DNA of 64,000 bases, taken from NCBI RefSeq assembly GCF_009914755.1, contig NC_060926.1. One strand, written 5' to 3'. Numbering within the stretch: the stretch's first letter is position 1; each line of letters starts with the position of its first letter. Origin of the DNA: the human T2T-CHM13v2.0 reference genome, Homo sapiens. This document shows, piece after piece, positions 1 to 12,567 of the stretch. The translations under genes and the position numbers were made by a program. The notes below the pieces were generated by a model. That model ran no database searches. It was not told the origin of the DNA and saw only the letters and a program-made list of their open reading frames with translations.

Positions 1-1089
<1,089 letters not shown>

Positions 1090-1159
1090 AAGTGAGAAGA
1101 TAATTAAATTAAAATGCTACTTTAGAACATATCCACTTAATGTAAATACCCCTTCTTAA

Positions 1160-2020
1160 TATAAAGTGAAAATAAAGAAAAAGGACACAAAACAGAAAAT
1201 AAAAAGTAAAACGGTACTCTTAAATCCCATTTCATCAATAAGAACATTACATGTGAATGGATTAAGCAATCAATTGAAAGGCAAAATTGTCATGCTAAAT
1301 AAAAAGAAGATCAACTACATATTCTCTATAGAAGATATATTTTAGATGCAAAGATACACAAATTGAAAGTAAAAGGATGAAAAAAGATAATGATGCAAAC
1401 AGCAACCACTAAACAGATAAAGTGGCTCTACTAATATCAGACATAATAGACTTTAAAACAAAAAAAAATTACTAGAGATAGTGACTTTTTAAAATGATAA
1501 ATGGTTCAGTACATCAGAAAAATTTAACAATTACAAATATATATGTACCTTATAACAGAACACCAAATACATGAAGTCAAAACCAACAGCAATAAAGAGA
1601 GAAACAAATAATAATAATAGTTGGAGACTTCAATATCCACTTTCAGTACTGGATAAAGCAACTAGACAATAGATCAACAAGGAAATAAAAGTCTTAAACG
1701 ACAGTATACATGACCTAGAACTAACAGACATCTACAGAACATTCTAACCAACCATAGCAGAATATACATTCTTCTCAAGTGCATATGGGACAATTTTCAG
1801 GATAGATCATATGGCAGACTGTAAAATAAACCTTAATAAATTAAAAAAGATTAAAATAATATAAAGTATGTTCATGAATCCCAAAATGAAAAAAATTAGG
1901 AATGTATAACAAAGAAATTTGGAAAATGCACAAATAACATGAAAATTAAACAAGATGGTTTGAAATAACAGCGAGTCACAGGAGATACCAAAAGAGAAAT
2001 TAGAAGATATTTTGCAGTAC
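1160..2020 (+). mobile_element. Old L1M fragment (ORF2 endonuclease region)
   Basis: Decayed L1 EN-coding sequence (atagttggagacttcaatatccac, atacattcttctcaagtgcatatgg). Confidence 0.75.
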
Positions 2021-4172
2021 AGCTGGGAGTGGTGGCTCACACCTGTAATCCCAGCACTTTGGGAGGCTGAGCCAGAGGGATTGTTTGAGCCCAGGAGTTT
2101 GAGACCAGCCTAGGCAACATGGTGAAACCCTATCTGTATTAGTCCATTTTCATGCTGCTGATACGAGACTGGGAAGAAAAATAGATTTAATGGACTTATG
2201 GTTCCATGTGGCTGGGAAGGCCTCACAATCATGGCAGAAGGCAAAAGGCACTTCTTACATGGCGGTGGCAAGAGAGAATGTGAGAGAAGCAAAAGCAGAA
2301 ACCCCTTATTAAACCATCAGATTTTATGAGACTTATTCACTACCATGACAACAGTATGGGGGAAACCATCCCCATGATTCAGTTATCACCTACCAGGTCC
2401 CTCCCACAACATGTGGGAATTATGGGAACTACAAGATGAGATTTGGGTGGCGACACAGAGCCAAACCATATCATTCTGCCCCTGCCTCCTCCCAAATCTC
2501 ATATCTTCACATTTCAAAACCAATCATGTCTTCCCAACAGACCCCCAAAGTCTTACCTCATTTCTACATTAACTCGAAAGTCCACAGTCCAAAGTCTCAT
2601 CTGAGACAAGGCAAGTCCCTTCCACCTATGAGCCTGTAAAATCAAAAGCAAGTTAGTTACTTCCTAGATACAACAAGGGTACAGGCATTGGGTAGATACT
2701 ACCCTTCCAAATGGGAGAAATTGGCAAAAACAATGGGGCTACAGGCCCCATGCAAGTCCATAATCCAGCAGGGCACTCAGATCTTAAGCTCCAAAATGAT
2801 CTTCGACTCCATGTCTCACATCCAGATCATGCTGATGCGAGAGGTGGGTTCCCATGGTCTTGGGCAGCTCCACCCCTGTGGCTTTGCAGGGTACAGCCAG
2901 TCTCCCAGCTGCTTTCACAGGCTGGCGTTGAGTGTCTGCACCCTTTCCAGGCACGTGGAGCAAGCTGTCAGTGGATCTACCATTCTAGGGTCTGAAGGAT
3001 GTTGGCACTCTTCTCACAGCTCCACTAGGCAGTGCCCCAGTGGGGACTCTGTGTGGGGGTGTGCACCCCACATTTTCCTTCTGTACTGCCCTAGCAGAGG
3101 TTCTCCTTGAGCACCCTGCCTCTGCAGCAAACTTTTGTCTGGACATTCAGGCATTTCCATACATCCTCTGAAATCTAGGCAGAGGTTCCCAAATCTCAAT
3201 TTCTGACTGCACCTGCAGGCTCAACACAACATGGAAGCTACCAAGGCTTGGGGCTTGTACCCTCTGAAGCAACAGTATGAGCTGTACCTTGTCCCCTTTT
3301 AGTCATGGCTGGAGTGGCTGGGATGCAGGGCACCAAGTCCCTAGACTGCACACAGCAGAGGGGCCCTGGGCCCAGGTCACTAAACCATTTTTTCCTCCTA
3401 GGCCTCCAGGTCTAAGATGGAAGGGGCTGCTGCAAAGGTCTCTGACATATACTGGAGACATTTTCTCCATTATCTTGGTGATTAACATTCAGCTCCTCAT
3501 TACTTATGCAAATTTTTGCAACTGGCTTGAATTTCTCTTCAGAAAATGGGATTTTCTTTTCTATCACACTGTCAGACTGCAAATTTTCCAAACTTTTATG
3601 CTCTGTTTCCCTTTTAAAACTGAATACCTTAATAGTACTCAAGTCACATCTTGAATGCTTTGCTGCTTAGAAATTTCTTCCACCAGATACCCTAAATCAT
3701 CCCTCTCGAGATATTCTCGAGACTGGGAAGAAAAATAGGTTTCATGGACTTATAGTTCCATGTGGCTGGCGAGTCCTCACAATTATGGTGGGAGGCAAAA
3801 GGCACTTCTTACATGGCAGTGGCAACAGAGAATGAAAGAGAAACGATATGGGTTTCCCCTTATAAAACCATCAGATCTCATGAGACTTATTCACTACCCT
3901 GAGAACAGTATGGTGAAACTGCCCCCATGATTCAATTATCTTCTCATGGGTCCTTCCCACAACATGTGGGAATTATGGGAGCTACAAGATGAGATTTTGA
4001 TGGGGACACAGAGCCAAACTGTATCACTATCTCTATAAAAAAAAATTAAAATTAGCCAGGCATATTGGCATTGGCATGCACATGTGATCCCAGCTATTGG
4101 CAGGCTGAGGTGGGAGGACTGCTTGAGCCCGTGATGTTAAGGCTGCAGTGAGCTGTATTTGCCTCACTACAC
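2021..4172 (+). mobile_element. AluJ split by THE1 (left part 2021-2134, right part 4027-4172, 3' truncated)
   Basis: J-type gagcccaggag; the two parts join through the duplicated CTATC. Confidence 0.85.
2135..4026 (-). mobile_element. THE1 (MaLR) element: LTR 2135-2473, internal region 2474-~3707, partial LTR ~3708-4026
   Basis: TG..CA LTR termini, THE1-int sequence, 5-bp TSD CTATC at 2130-2134 and 4027-4031. Confidence 0.92.
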
Positions 4173-4354
4173 AGATCTTGATCTGAGAATTGAAATCTCC
4201 TCCTAGGCCTCTGGGTCTGAGATGGCAGGGGCTGCTGCAAAGGGCAGTACAGAAGGAAAATGTGGGGTGCACACCCCCGCACAGAGTCCCCACTGGGGCG
4301 CTGCCTAGTGGAGCTGTGAGAAGAGGGCCAACGTCCTTCAGACCCTAGAAATTG

Positions 4355-6440
4355 AAATTTATTTTTTAAATATTTTGTTTCATTTTAAGTTCCGGGTTAC
4401 ATGTGCAGGACGTGCAGGTTTGTTATATAGGTAAATGTGTGCCATGGTGGTTTCCTGCACCTGTCAACCCATCACGTAGGTATTAAGCCCAGCATGCATT
4501 AGCTATTTATCCTGATGCTCTCCATCCTCCCACCCCATGACGGACAGGCCCCAGTATCTGTTTTTCCCCTCCAATGTGTCCACGTGTTTTCATTGTTTAG
4601 CTCCCACTTGTAAGTGAGAACATGTGGTGTTTGGCTTTCTGTTCCCGTGTTAGTTTGCTGAGGATAATGGCTTCCAGCTCCATCCATGTCCCTGCAAAGG
4701 ACATGATCTCATTTATTTTTATGACTATAGTATTCCATGGTATATATGTACGACATTTTCTTTATCCAGTCTATCATTGATGGGCATTTGGGTTGATTCC
4801 ATGTCTTTGCAATTGTGAATAGTGTGGCAATGAACATACCTGTGTGTGTATCTTTATAATAGAATGATTTATATTCCTTTGGGTATGTACCCAGTAATGG
4901 GATTCCTGGGTCAAATGATATTTCTGATTCTAGGTCTTTCAGGAATCACCACACTGTCTTCCACAATGGTTTAATCTACATTCCCACCAAAAGTGTAAAA
5001 GTGTTCCTATTTCTCCATTTCCTATTTCTCATCAGCATCTGTTTTTTCTTGAATTTTTAGTAATCACCATTCTGACTGGCATGAGATGGTATCTCATTGT
5101 GGTTTTGATTTGCATTTCTCTAATGATCAGTGGTGTTGAGCTTTTTTTCACGTTTGTTGGCTGCATAAATGTCTTCTTTTGAGAAGTATCTGTTTCTGTT
5201 CTTTGCCCACTTTTTAATGGGGTTGCTTTTTTCTTGTAAATTTGTTTAAGTTCCTTGTAGATTCTGGGTATTAGACCTTAGATAGATAGATTGCAAAAAT
5301 TTTCTCCCCATCTGTAGGTTGTCTGTTCACACTGATGACAGTTTCTTTTGCTGTGCAGAAGCTCTTTAGTTTAATGAGATCTCATTTGTCAATTTTTGCT
5401 TTTGTTGCAATTGCTTTTGATGTTTTTGTAATAAAATCTTTGCCCATGCCTATGTCCTGAATGGTATTGCCTCTAGGGTCTTTATAGTTCAGGGTTTTAC
5501 ATTTAAGTCTTTAATCCATCTTGAGTTAATTTTTGTATAAGGTGTAAGGAAGGGGTTCAGTTTCAATTTTCTGCATATGTCTAGCCAGTTTTTCCAGCAG
5601 TATTTATTAAATAGGGAATCCTTCTCCCATTGCTTGTTTTTGTCAGGTTTGTGAAAGATCAGATGGCTATAAATGTGCAGTCTTATTTCTGAGATCTCTA
5701 TTCTATTCCATTGGTCTATGTGTCTGTTTTTGTATCAGTAACATGCTGTTTTGGTTACTGTAGCCTTGTAATAGAGTTTGAAGTTGGGAAGTGTGATAAC
5801 TCCAGTTTTGTTCTTTTTGCTTAGGATTGTCTTGGCTATATGGGTTCTTTTTTGGTTCCATATTAATTTTAAAGTAGTTTTTTTCTAATTCTGTAAAGAA
5901 TGTCAATGGTAGTTTAATGGGAATAGCATTGAATCTATAAATTACTTTGGCCTTATAACTATTTTTATGATATTGATTCTTCCTATCCAGGAGCATGACA
6001 TATTTTTCTATTTATTTGTGTCCTCTCTGATTTCCTTGAGCAGTGGTTTCTAGTTCTCCTTGAAGAGGTCCTTCACTTTTCTTGTTAGCTATATTCCTGG
6101 GTATTTTGTTCTTTTTGTAGCAATTGTGAAAGGGAGTTCATTCATGATTTGGCTCTCTGCTTATCTGTTGTTATAGGAATGCTTGTGATTTTTGCACATT
6201 GATTGTGTATCCTGAGACTTTGCTGAAGTTGCTTATCAGCTTAAGGAGCTTTTGGGCTCAGATGATGGGGTTTTCTAGATATAGGATCATGTCATCTGCA
6301 AACAGAGACAGTTTGACTTCCTCTCTTCCTATTTGAATATTCTTTATTTCCTTTTCTTGCCTGATTGCCCTGGCCAGAACTTCCAATATTATGTTGAATA
6401 GGAGTAGTGAGAGAGGGCATCCTTGTTTATGCCAGTTTTC
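4355..6440 (-). mobile_element. 5'-truncated L1PA (intermediate age)
   Basis: L1PA 3'UTR plus ORF2 RT/C-terminal remnants (ORFs 5703-5996 and 6258-6485). Confidence 0.92.
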
Positions 6441-6618
6441 ATTATTAAGAAAACTTCTAAGACCTAAAATCTGAAAAGAAGACATAAGAATAAGAAAGAA
6501 CTTTTCATTCTATACTAGACAAGTTGTTTCCAGATTCAGAGTATGTGAAAGTCATCTGCATTTATTCTAGAACACCAACCCCTGTGTGACAAGTAGTTGG
6601 GAAGCTGGGGAGGGCTAC

Positions 6619-7124
6619 CTGCTGAAGCAGAAACAAATGAATGTCAGAATCCTCTGTTTCATGGAACCCACTGTATTAGAATGTGCTGTCCACCAGGTGA
6701 GGTTGATTTGATAAATTCTTCTTTCTAAGGCCAAAATACCCCTTGGAATAAGAAAATATTCCTTGGTTCTGTCTATCTGAGAAAAAGAAATGCTTCTACC
6801 TTATGATAAATTCCTGCATTGCACAGTGCTTTATAAAGTCAGCCAATATCTGGTCTCTAAAGACTTTGTCCAATAACTTTCTAAGTCCGTTCCCTTGAAT
6901 ATGTAGATTTGCCTGACTCAGTCAAAAATGTCATCAATCAGAATTTTCAGTAAATAATAGTGTAGAGCTTGTTCCCTGAGCCGCAGTGAATGATTGTCCC
7001 AACACATGGTGTTCCGAATTATTAGATGAGTAGGAAAGAGTCACTGCAGGATGAATTCTGCCTACAGTTGCAGGCAAGTGAGTCCTGCTTTACAACTGGC
7101 AGGAAGCATGTTGTCGGGACATGG
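6619..7124 (-). pseudogene. Pseudo-exon (3'-most one found)
   Basis: attattttag acceptor; PCPDNMLPASCKAGLTCLQL*AEFILQ*LFPTHLIIRNTMCWDNHSLRLREQALHYYLLKILIDDIFD*V/fs/NLHIQGNGLRKLLDKVFRDQILADFIKHCAMQEFII..DIHLFLLQQ; gtagcc donor (3' end uncertain). Confidence 0.7.
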
Positions 7125-7483
7125 CTAAAATAATATGAAGTTCACACTAATTTTATTCAACAAATATGGGTGAACATAAAGACAACCAACACCTGGTCCT
7201 TGCCTTTGAAAAGGCTCAACATTTTCCCATCAAAGGAGCCAGGTCTCATAAAAGATAAAGAAGTATTCTCTCTAAATTTTTTTCGACTTTGGAGTTAACT
7301 TGGCATGATTTTTTCCCCTAATTTGTAAAAAATTTATTAACATGTTTATATATCACTTTTGAAGTGCCTTTAAATAAATTAGGTCTGTAAAGTTCTGGTT
7401 ATAACAGTGTTGTTCTCTGTCCCTGAATAATGTCTTGTTCCCTTGGCAAAACTCTAATCAATTTAAGTCAACATTTTTGTCAC

Positions 7484-7545
7484 TTTCCTTGATTTTGTTT
7501 CTTTTCCTCTATCCAGCTGGGGGAATTCTTCCCCCAGCTCTGTGC
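7484..7545 (-). pseudogene. Pseudo-exon
   Basis: tattacag/gtgaca, 62 bp, phase 1->0, GTELGEEFPQLDRGKETKSRK; fits both neighbours. Confidence 0.65.
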
Positions 7546-7559
7546 CTGTAATAATAGCA

Positions 7560-7750
7560 GTAACAATAATAGTGCTTCCCATGAGCCAGGAGTATTACAT
7601 CCTTTAATTTTCACAAAATTATATGAGATGGGTACTGTTATAATGAAAATGAGGCACAAGAGTTTACATATGTTGCTCACAGACACCCAGTAAGTGCCAA
7701 AGCTGTGATATAAACCCAGGATATTGCACACTTAACTACTATGCAGTTCC
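7560..7750 (-). mobile_element. MIR
   Basis: MIR core (atgaaaatgaggcacaagag..gtaagtgccaaagctg). Confidence 0.6.
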
Positions 7751-7772
7751 TCTCATTAGCACTCATATATAC

Positions 7773-7929
7773 CCATCATATAATATGTTAGTGTTTGATA
7801 GTCTCTGTAAGAGTTGTACCTCATTGGGTGGCCAGGGCATAACACAGCCACAGAAAAATTGTTGTTTGGGCCAAAGTATAGATTTGTCATTTGCTGTTCT
7901 TGGCCATGTTCTAGCTCCTGAATTTTTTC
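7773..7929 (-). pseudogene. Pseudo-exon
   Basis: ccacttag/gtatat, 157 bp, phase 0->1, open: EKIQELEHGQEQQMTNLYFGPNNNFSVAVLCPGHPMRYNSYRDYQTLTYYMM. Confidence 0.68.
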
Positions 7930-8059
7930 CTAAGTGGTACTTTATTAACACAAAATTTTTTTTATACAACCAGCATTCAAGGTTCATGTTGAATCAAACA
8001 GTGTTTCACTGAAAATTTATTGCTATTCTTCCAAGTGGTGCCATTGCAGGAAAAAGGCC

Positions 8060-8270
8060 ATGTAACTCCCTTACTTTTGGAGCTTGAGCCACCATGTCAA
8101 TTTCAACTATCTTGAGGCTGCTGTGCTGGAGGTGTCTGCAGGCTTTCTAGGCTACAGTTCCAGCTGAGCCCAGCTTTTCAGCCCTCCCACCAGACAAATG
8201 AGTGAAAGGTTCTTGGGCCTTCCAGACTCTTTCATCTACTAGTTGAGCAGCATCAAATGACTGGATTTAA
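8060..8270 (+). mobile_element. MLT1-like LTR fragment
   Basis: cagctgagcccagcttttcagccctcccaccagacaaatgagtgaa motif typical of MLT1 LTRs. Confidence 0.5.
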
Positions 8271-8386
8271 TGCTCTTCTGTCACCGACTTGAAATTCTTA
8301 ATTTTTGGACAAAGTGCCCCTCATTTTCATTTTGCATTGGATCCCATTAATCATTTAGCCAGTCTTAATTATGTCATTGGATTATA

Positions 8387-8389
<3 letters not shown>

Positions 8390-8449
<60 letters not shown>
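8390..8449. repeat. (TA)n microsatellite
   Basis: About 30 perfect TA units. Confidence 0.98.
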
Positions 8450-8454
<5 letters not shown>

Positions 8455-8487
8455 TGAGGTATCTCTTGTTCATTACTCTCATCTCAC

Positions 8488-8782
8488 TTTGATTATAAGT
8501 GTCTTAAAGATCGGCCACATAGACTTTCTTGGTCTCCCACGACTCCTCCTTAGTCCTGGGCACAGGAACCCAGTCAATATATTTTGAGAGACTTGACAAA
8601 GAAGAAAAAATGGCACGCTTAGCGTGTTTAGCCCTTGATGGAGTGCATGTAGAGGAGCCTGAGAGTAGTCAGTAAATGTATCCATCTGCTTTTCTCCATG
8701 GCACACCTTCTACTTGGGTCTCCTGGTGGTTCTTTGGTGTCAGGTGTGGCAGAGTAGTTTTAGGTAAAAGCTATGGATACAC
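8488..8782 (-). pseudogene. Pseudo-exon
   Basis: gtgaga donor; VYP*LLPKTTLPHLTPKNHQETQVEGVPWRKADGYIY*LLSGSS..AIFSSLSSLSKYIDWVPVPRTKEESWETKKVYVADL/fs/FKTLIIK (alternative acceptor at 8770). Confidence 0.75.
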
Positions 8783-9875
8783 CTCAATGTACAAAAACAG
8801 TATTTTCCTTTATACCCAATTGACATGTTGTATGATTAAGCTAGTTAATTTATAATAGCTCTCCATAAAGTGATGGTAAAAGACTAGGTAGAGTAGTATT
8901 ACAACGTGAATTAGCAAGAATTATTAACCTAAAAGGCACTGAAGTGACTCCATTGTTAATTATCTTACCTTAACAACAAAACTTTTAAGGCATTTCTTAT
9001 GAAAAAGATGATCAGTAAAGTGAATAGAACAGTTGTCACAAGTGCTAACAGAAAGGACTGAGAAAAATGTAAACTGAATGTACAGAACTAGAGAAAGAAG
9101 CAGGGAAAGAAGGGAAACTATATTCTTTTATAAATGAAACAACCATCCAGGTTTCAATATTCCTTTGAAATAAGTTTGCCTAAAACCGTGTTATAAATGG
9201 TACCTGTCTCATTTAACTACTTGGCAACATATATAGACAGCAAGTGAGTTTCTTGCTCTAGAGATCAGTTTTTGACACAGTGTAAAACATTTTCCGGTAG
9301 GTAAGGTTGTAAAAGTTTTGGAGGTCATTGGATACTATTTCCTGGTATACTACAAACATTTGTGAATGAATTGGGCTTGCATAACCTTCAGAGAACCAAG
9401 ACATGTTACTAAAGCACTTAGTATCTAAAAGAGTTGATTATGAGCCAAAAGAATTCATTCTGTGCTTCAGTTATTCCTTCACCAAATATTCAGGAGCCTG
9501 CTCTGTACCTGGAAATAGTCTAGGTACCGAGAGAAGTGCTGAAACATAAATACAGTCCTATGCCTTTCATACACTTCAGATGATGAAGAGAATTTTCATA
9601 TTCACAGACATTTTGTAGAGGACAGTTAAACCCAGCCAGCAATGATAATTGAGTAACATCGGTTGCTCATGTTTTTACTTATTCACAAGTCACTGTTTAC
9701 CAAAATTATTCAATGGCCCTCCCATCCTGGACCAGACAAAAATCACTCTTTGTCCTAGCTAAAGGAAAGATCCACTCCAGGATTTTAAAAACAATACACC
9801 ATTTTACTCCAGAGATTACGAGTTACGTTTTAATGGCAAAGGAAGCACTTTATGTGACTATTTGAACAGTACCAC

Positions 9876-10207
9876 CTGTTGAAACTTGTAATGTTATTGC
9901 CTGAGACTCTTCAGAATTCAAGATTTAAACTTTCCTCTAGTCGTGTGAGAGCTGATGTGAGCACTGCCAAAGATACACCAATGAGATCCTCTGTCCTCAA
10001 AACTCAGATATTTCGAGCCCTGCTTCGGGGAGGAACAGCTCTGGACACTGGCAGCTTCCCGACACCAGCAGCTGAGGCACGTTATGTCAACAAGATGGAA
10101 CCTGCCTGATCTCACTTTGCCAGGTACACTGGAACCCAAACCACAGCAGGATGACCATTTGATGTGTGTGGTTACTTGGGAGTAATAGCAGCATCCTTGC
10201 AGTGTGT
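9876..10207 (-). pseudogene. Pseudo-exon
   Basis: ttttccatccag/gtggta, 332 bp, net phase 1->0 fits neighbours; begins DTLQGCCYYSQ; internal frame ambiguous (one frame reads AVVWVPVYLAK..VLRTEDLIGVSLAVLTSALTRLEESLNLEF). Confidence 0.7.
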
Positions 10208-10861
10208 CTGGATGGAAAACAGCTGTCAGATTTGAAGGCACTTGTAGATAAGGTCATTCTAGGTGTGTGTGTAGTGACTGCTTTTGTTCATTTCTTGTTG
10301 GTTACGTAGAGCAAGGGTTGAAATTGTTTCCCCCCACCCCCCCACCCCCACCCAAAATTACATGTATAAGAGACTTTTCTGAGTGGGACAAATTCAAGGG
10401 GGGAAAAATCATGTTACTCCCTGTTATTCAGGGAAATCTAATAATTTGGCCCTAGAAAAGTGGTATTCACTATATAAGTCTACAGTGATCCTGATGGAGA
10501 TTGCCCTGGAATTTTTATTTTTCTAGGATAGGGCGGGCCACTGACTGTGGTTTGTTCCTTTATTTAATCTATTCATCCTGCTCCTACCAGGTGGCTCAGA
10601 AAACATAGATACCACTAATTTTAAGGGAAGTGACTTGTATTCTTTAAGTTCATAATTGACAATTTCATGGGAAATAAAGAGGAGATAATGGAAAATGATA
10701 GAGCCAATCACAATGATAAAAATGGAGAGGGTAAAAAGACATTTAATTTATCTTAAATAAATGAGAAAATGAATAGGAAAAACAGATGCCATTAATTCTT
10801 CTTTCAGGTCCCTTATGGTAATAGAAATAAGAAGGAGAGGAAACCCAAAACATAATGTTGT

Positions 10862-10919
10862 TTATCTATCTAGTTATCTATCTATCTATCTATCCATCTA
10901 TCTATCTATCTATCTATCT
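10862..10919. repeat. (TATC)n tetranucleotide repeat
   Basis: Imperfect TATC array. Confidence 0.95.
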
Positions 10920-11100
10920 TTGATTCTGTTCATAATTCACCTTGTCAAGTGCCAAGGACTCTCTTGCCTTCAAATTTAGACAAGAGCAAGTTTTCATCCT
11001 TTTTTTCATGTTTTTGAGCATTTTTAAATGATAACTGAATTATGAGTCATTGCCGAGTTTTTGGCATGATTGTACCAAAAGCGCATAACATGTTTTCTAC

Positions 11101-11229
11101 CTGTTGATGAAGTTATTGCCTGCATGTAGAACTCCAGGAACAATTTGGCTTCCTGCCCATGAAATTACTTCTCATCATTCAGGTTTCAATTTAATGCCAG
11201 TGCGTGTACTATAAGATGTATTTTTAATC
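11101..11229 (-). pseudogene. Pseudo-exon
   Basis: catttgtag/gtagaa, 129 bp, phase 1->1, GLKIHLIVHALALN*NLNDEK*FHGQEAKLFLEFYMQAITSST. Confidence 0.75.
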
Positions 11230-11971
11230 CTACAAATGAGTTGCATATGCATTTCAATTTCCGAAAACCTGGGCTGAATTTTAAAAGAAAGCATTTGGGA
11301 TCTATTGTATTAAAGGTGCTTCTGAGCTAAGTGCATTCTAAATACACTGTACAATCAAAAATAATGCTGGACTTTGGACACTATGCTAAATTTTTTAAAA
11401 AAGGAAAAAAATACACAAATGATACCTTTTTGAACTTGCTTTTCCTGAGAACTGAAAAGATATATCATGGACTTTTTTTTTTCAGTTACCCTTTGTTTTT
11501 TCCCCTTCCAATTTGCCTTCTGTCATCTTCTGCCCACTAGCCTAGTAAGTCAAAACAACTCTAAAAGGAAAGTGTCTTGAATAGGAAGCTTATTCAGAAA
11601 GCATTTGTAGTAGAGGCAGAATCTACTCCAAGAAGAAACCAGTAAGGTACTTTTAAAACTTCATTTCTTGGTGTAAAGATTCTGTTGCTGGATGAAGATC
11701 TATATAAAATATATTACAATGTACTCCAAATTTAACAAATTAAAACTACTGCCACACAAAATTTTTTTTAAGTGTGACAAGAAGCATTAATTTCTGTATA
11801 TCCTTGCTAATAAAAAGATCAATAAACATAATTTTTTAAAAAATGAAGAAAAACACATATAATTCCCCCATTAAAAAGCATCAAAATATAGGATAAGTTG
11901 GGAAAAGGAGTGTTCTGAAGTGACTGGAAACAAGAATTGTTTCCTGTTGCTTTACATTAGCAAAAATAGAG

Positions 11972-12381
11972 TAATATAGTTTGGATGTTGGTCCCCTTCA
12001 ACTCTCATGTTGAAATGTGGCTCCAGTGTTGGAGGTGGGCCTGCTGGGAGATGTTTGGGTCACGGGGGAGGATCTCTCATGAATGGCTTGGTGCTGTCCT
12101 CGTGGGAGTGTGTTCCTACTCTATGAGTTCACATGAGATCTGGTTGTTTAAAAAAGCCTGGCACCTCCTCCCTCTCTCTCTTGCTCTCTCTCTTGCCATG
12201 TGACACACTAGCTCCCCCTTCACCTTCTGCCATGACTGGAAGCTCTCTGAGGCCCTCACCGGGAGTAGATGCCAGCACTGTGCTTCATGTACAGCCTGCA
12301 GAACCATGAGCCAAATAAACTTCTTTTATTTTTAAATTACCCAGTCTCAGGTATTTCTTTATAGCAATGCAAACTAACACA
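11972..12381 (+). mobile_element. MST (MSTB-like) solo LTR
   Basis: MST LTR sequence with aataaa and ccagtctcaggtatttctttatagcaatgc end; approximate TSD tagag/tagat. Confidence 0.88.
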
Positions 12382-12421
12382 TAGATTACAGCAATCTACC
12401 GAACAAAAGTACAGTAGTGAC

Positions 12422-12567
12422 CAGAAATAAGTCATTCCACTTCATTAGAATTCATGCATCTTCTGTAAAAGCCGTTATCTACTTCTGCTATGTAATCACA
12501 CAGGTAATAAATATCACGTCATGCCTATTAAGGCCAAGACTATTTTAATGGCTTCTCATACACTCAA
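12422..12567 (-). pseudogene. Pseudo-exon
   Basis: ttctgttctacag/gtcact, 146 bp, phase 2->1, *VYEKPLK*SWP**A*RDIYYLCDYIAEVDNGFYRRCMNSNEVE*LIS. Confidence 0.75.

Noticed and set aside
2688-3654. ORFs of 94-140 aa
   Set aside because: They fall within non-autonomous THE1 internal sequence.
9879-10109. Plus-strand ORFs over unique DNA (also 46178-46474, 55459-55716 and 59520-59702)
   Set aside because: They lie antisense to minus-strand pseudo-exons and are best explained as shadow ORFs; no coherent plus-strand gene structure was found.
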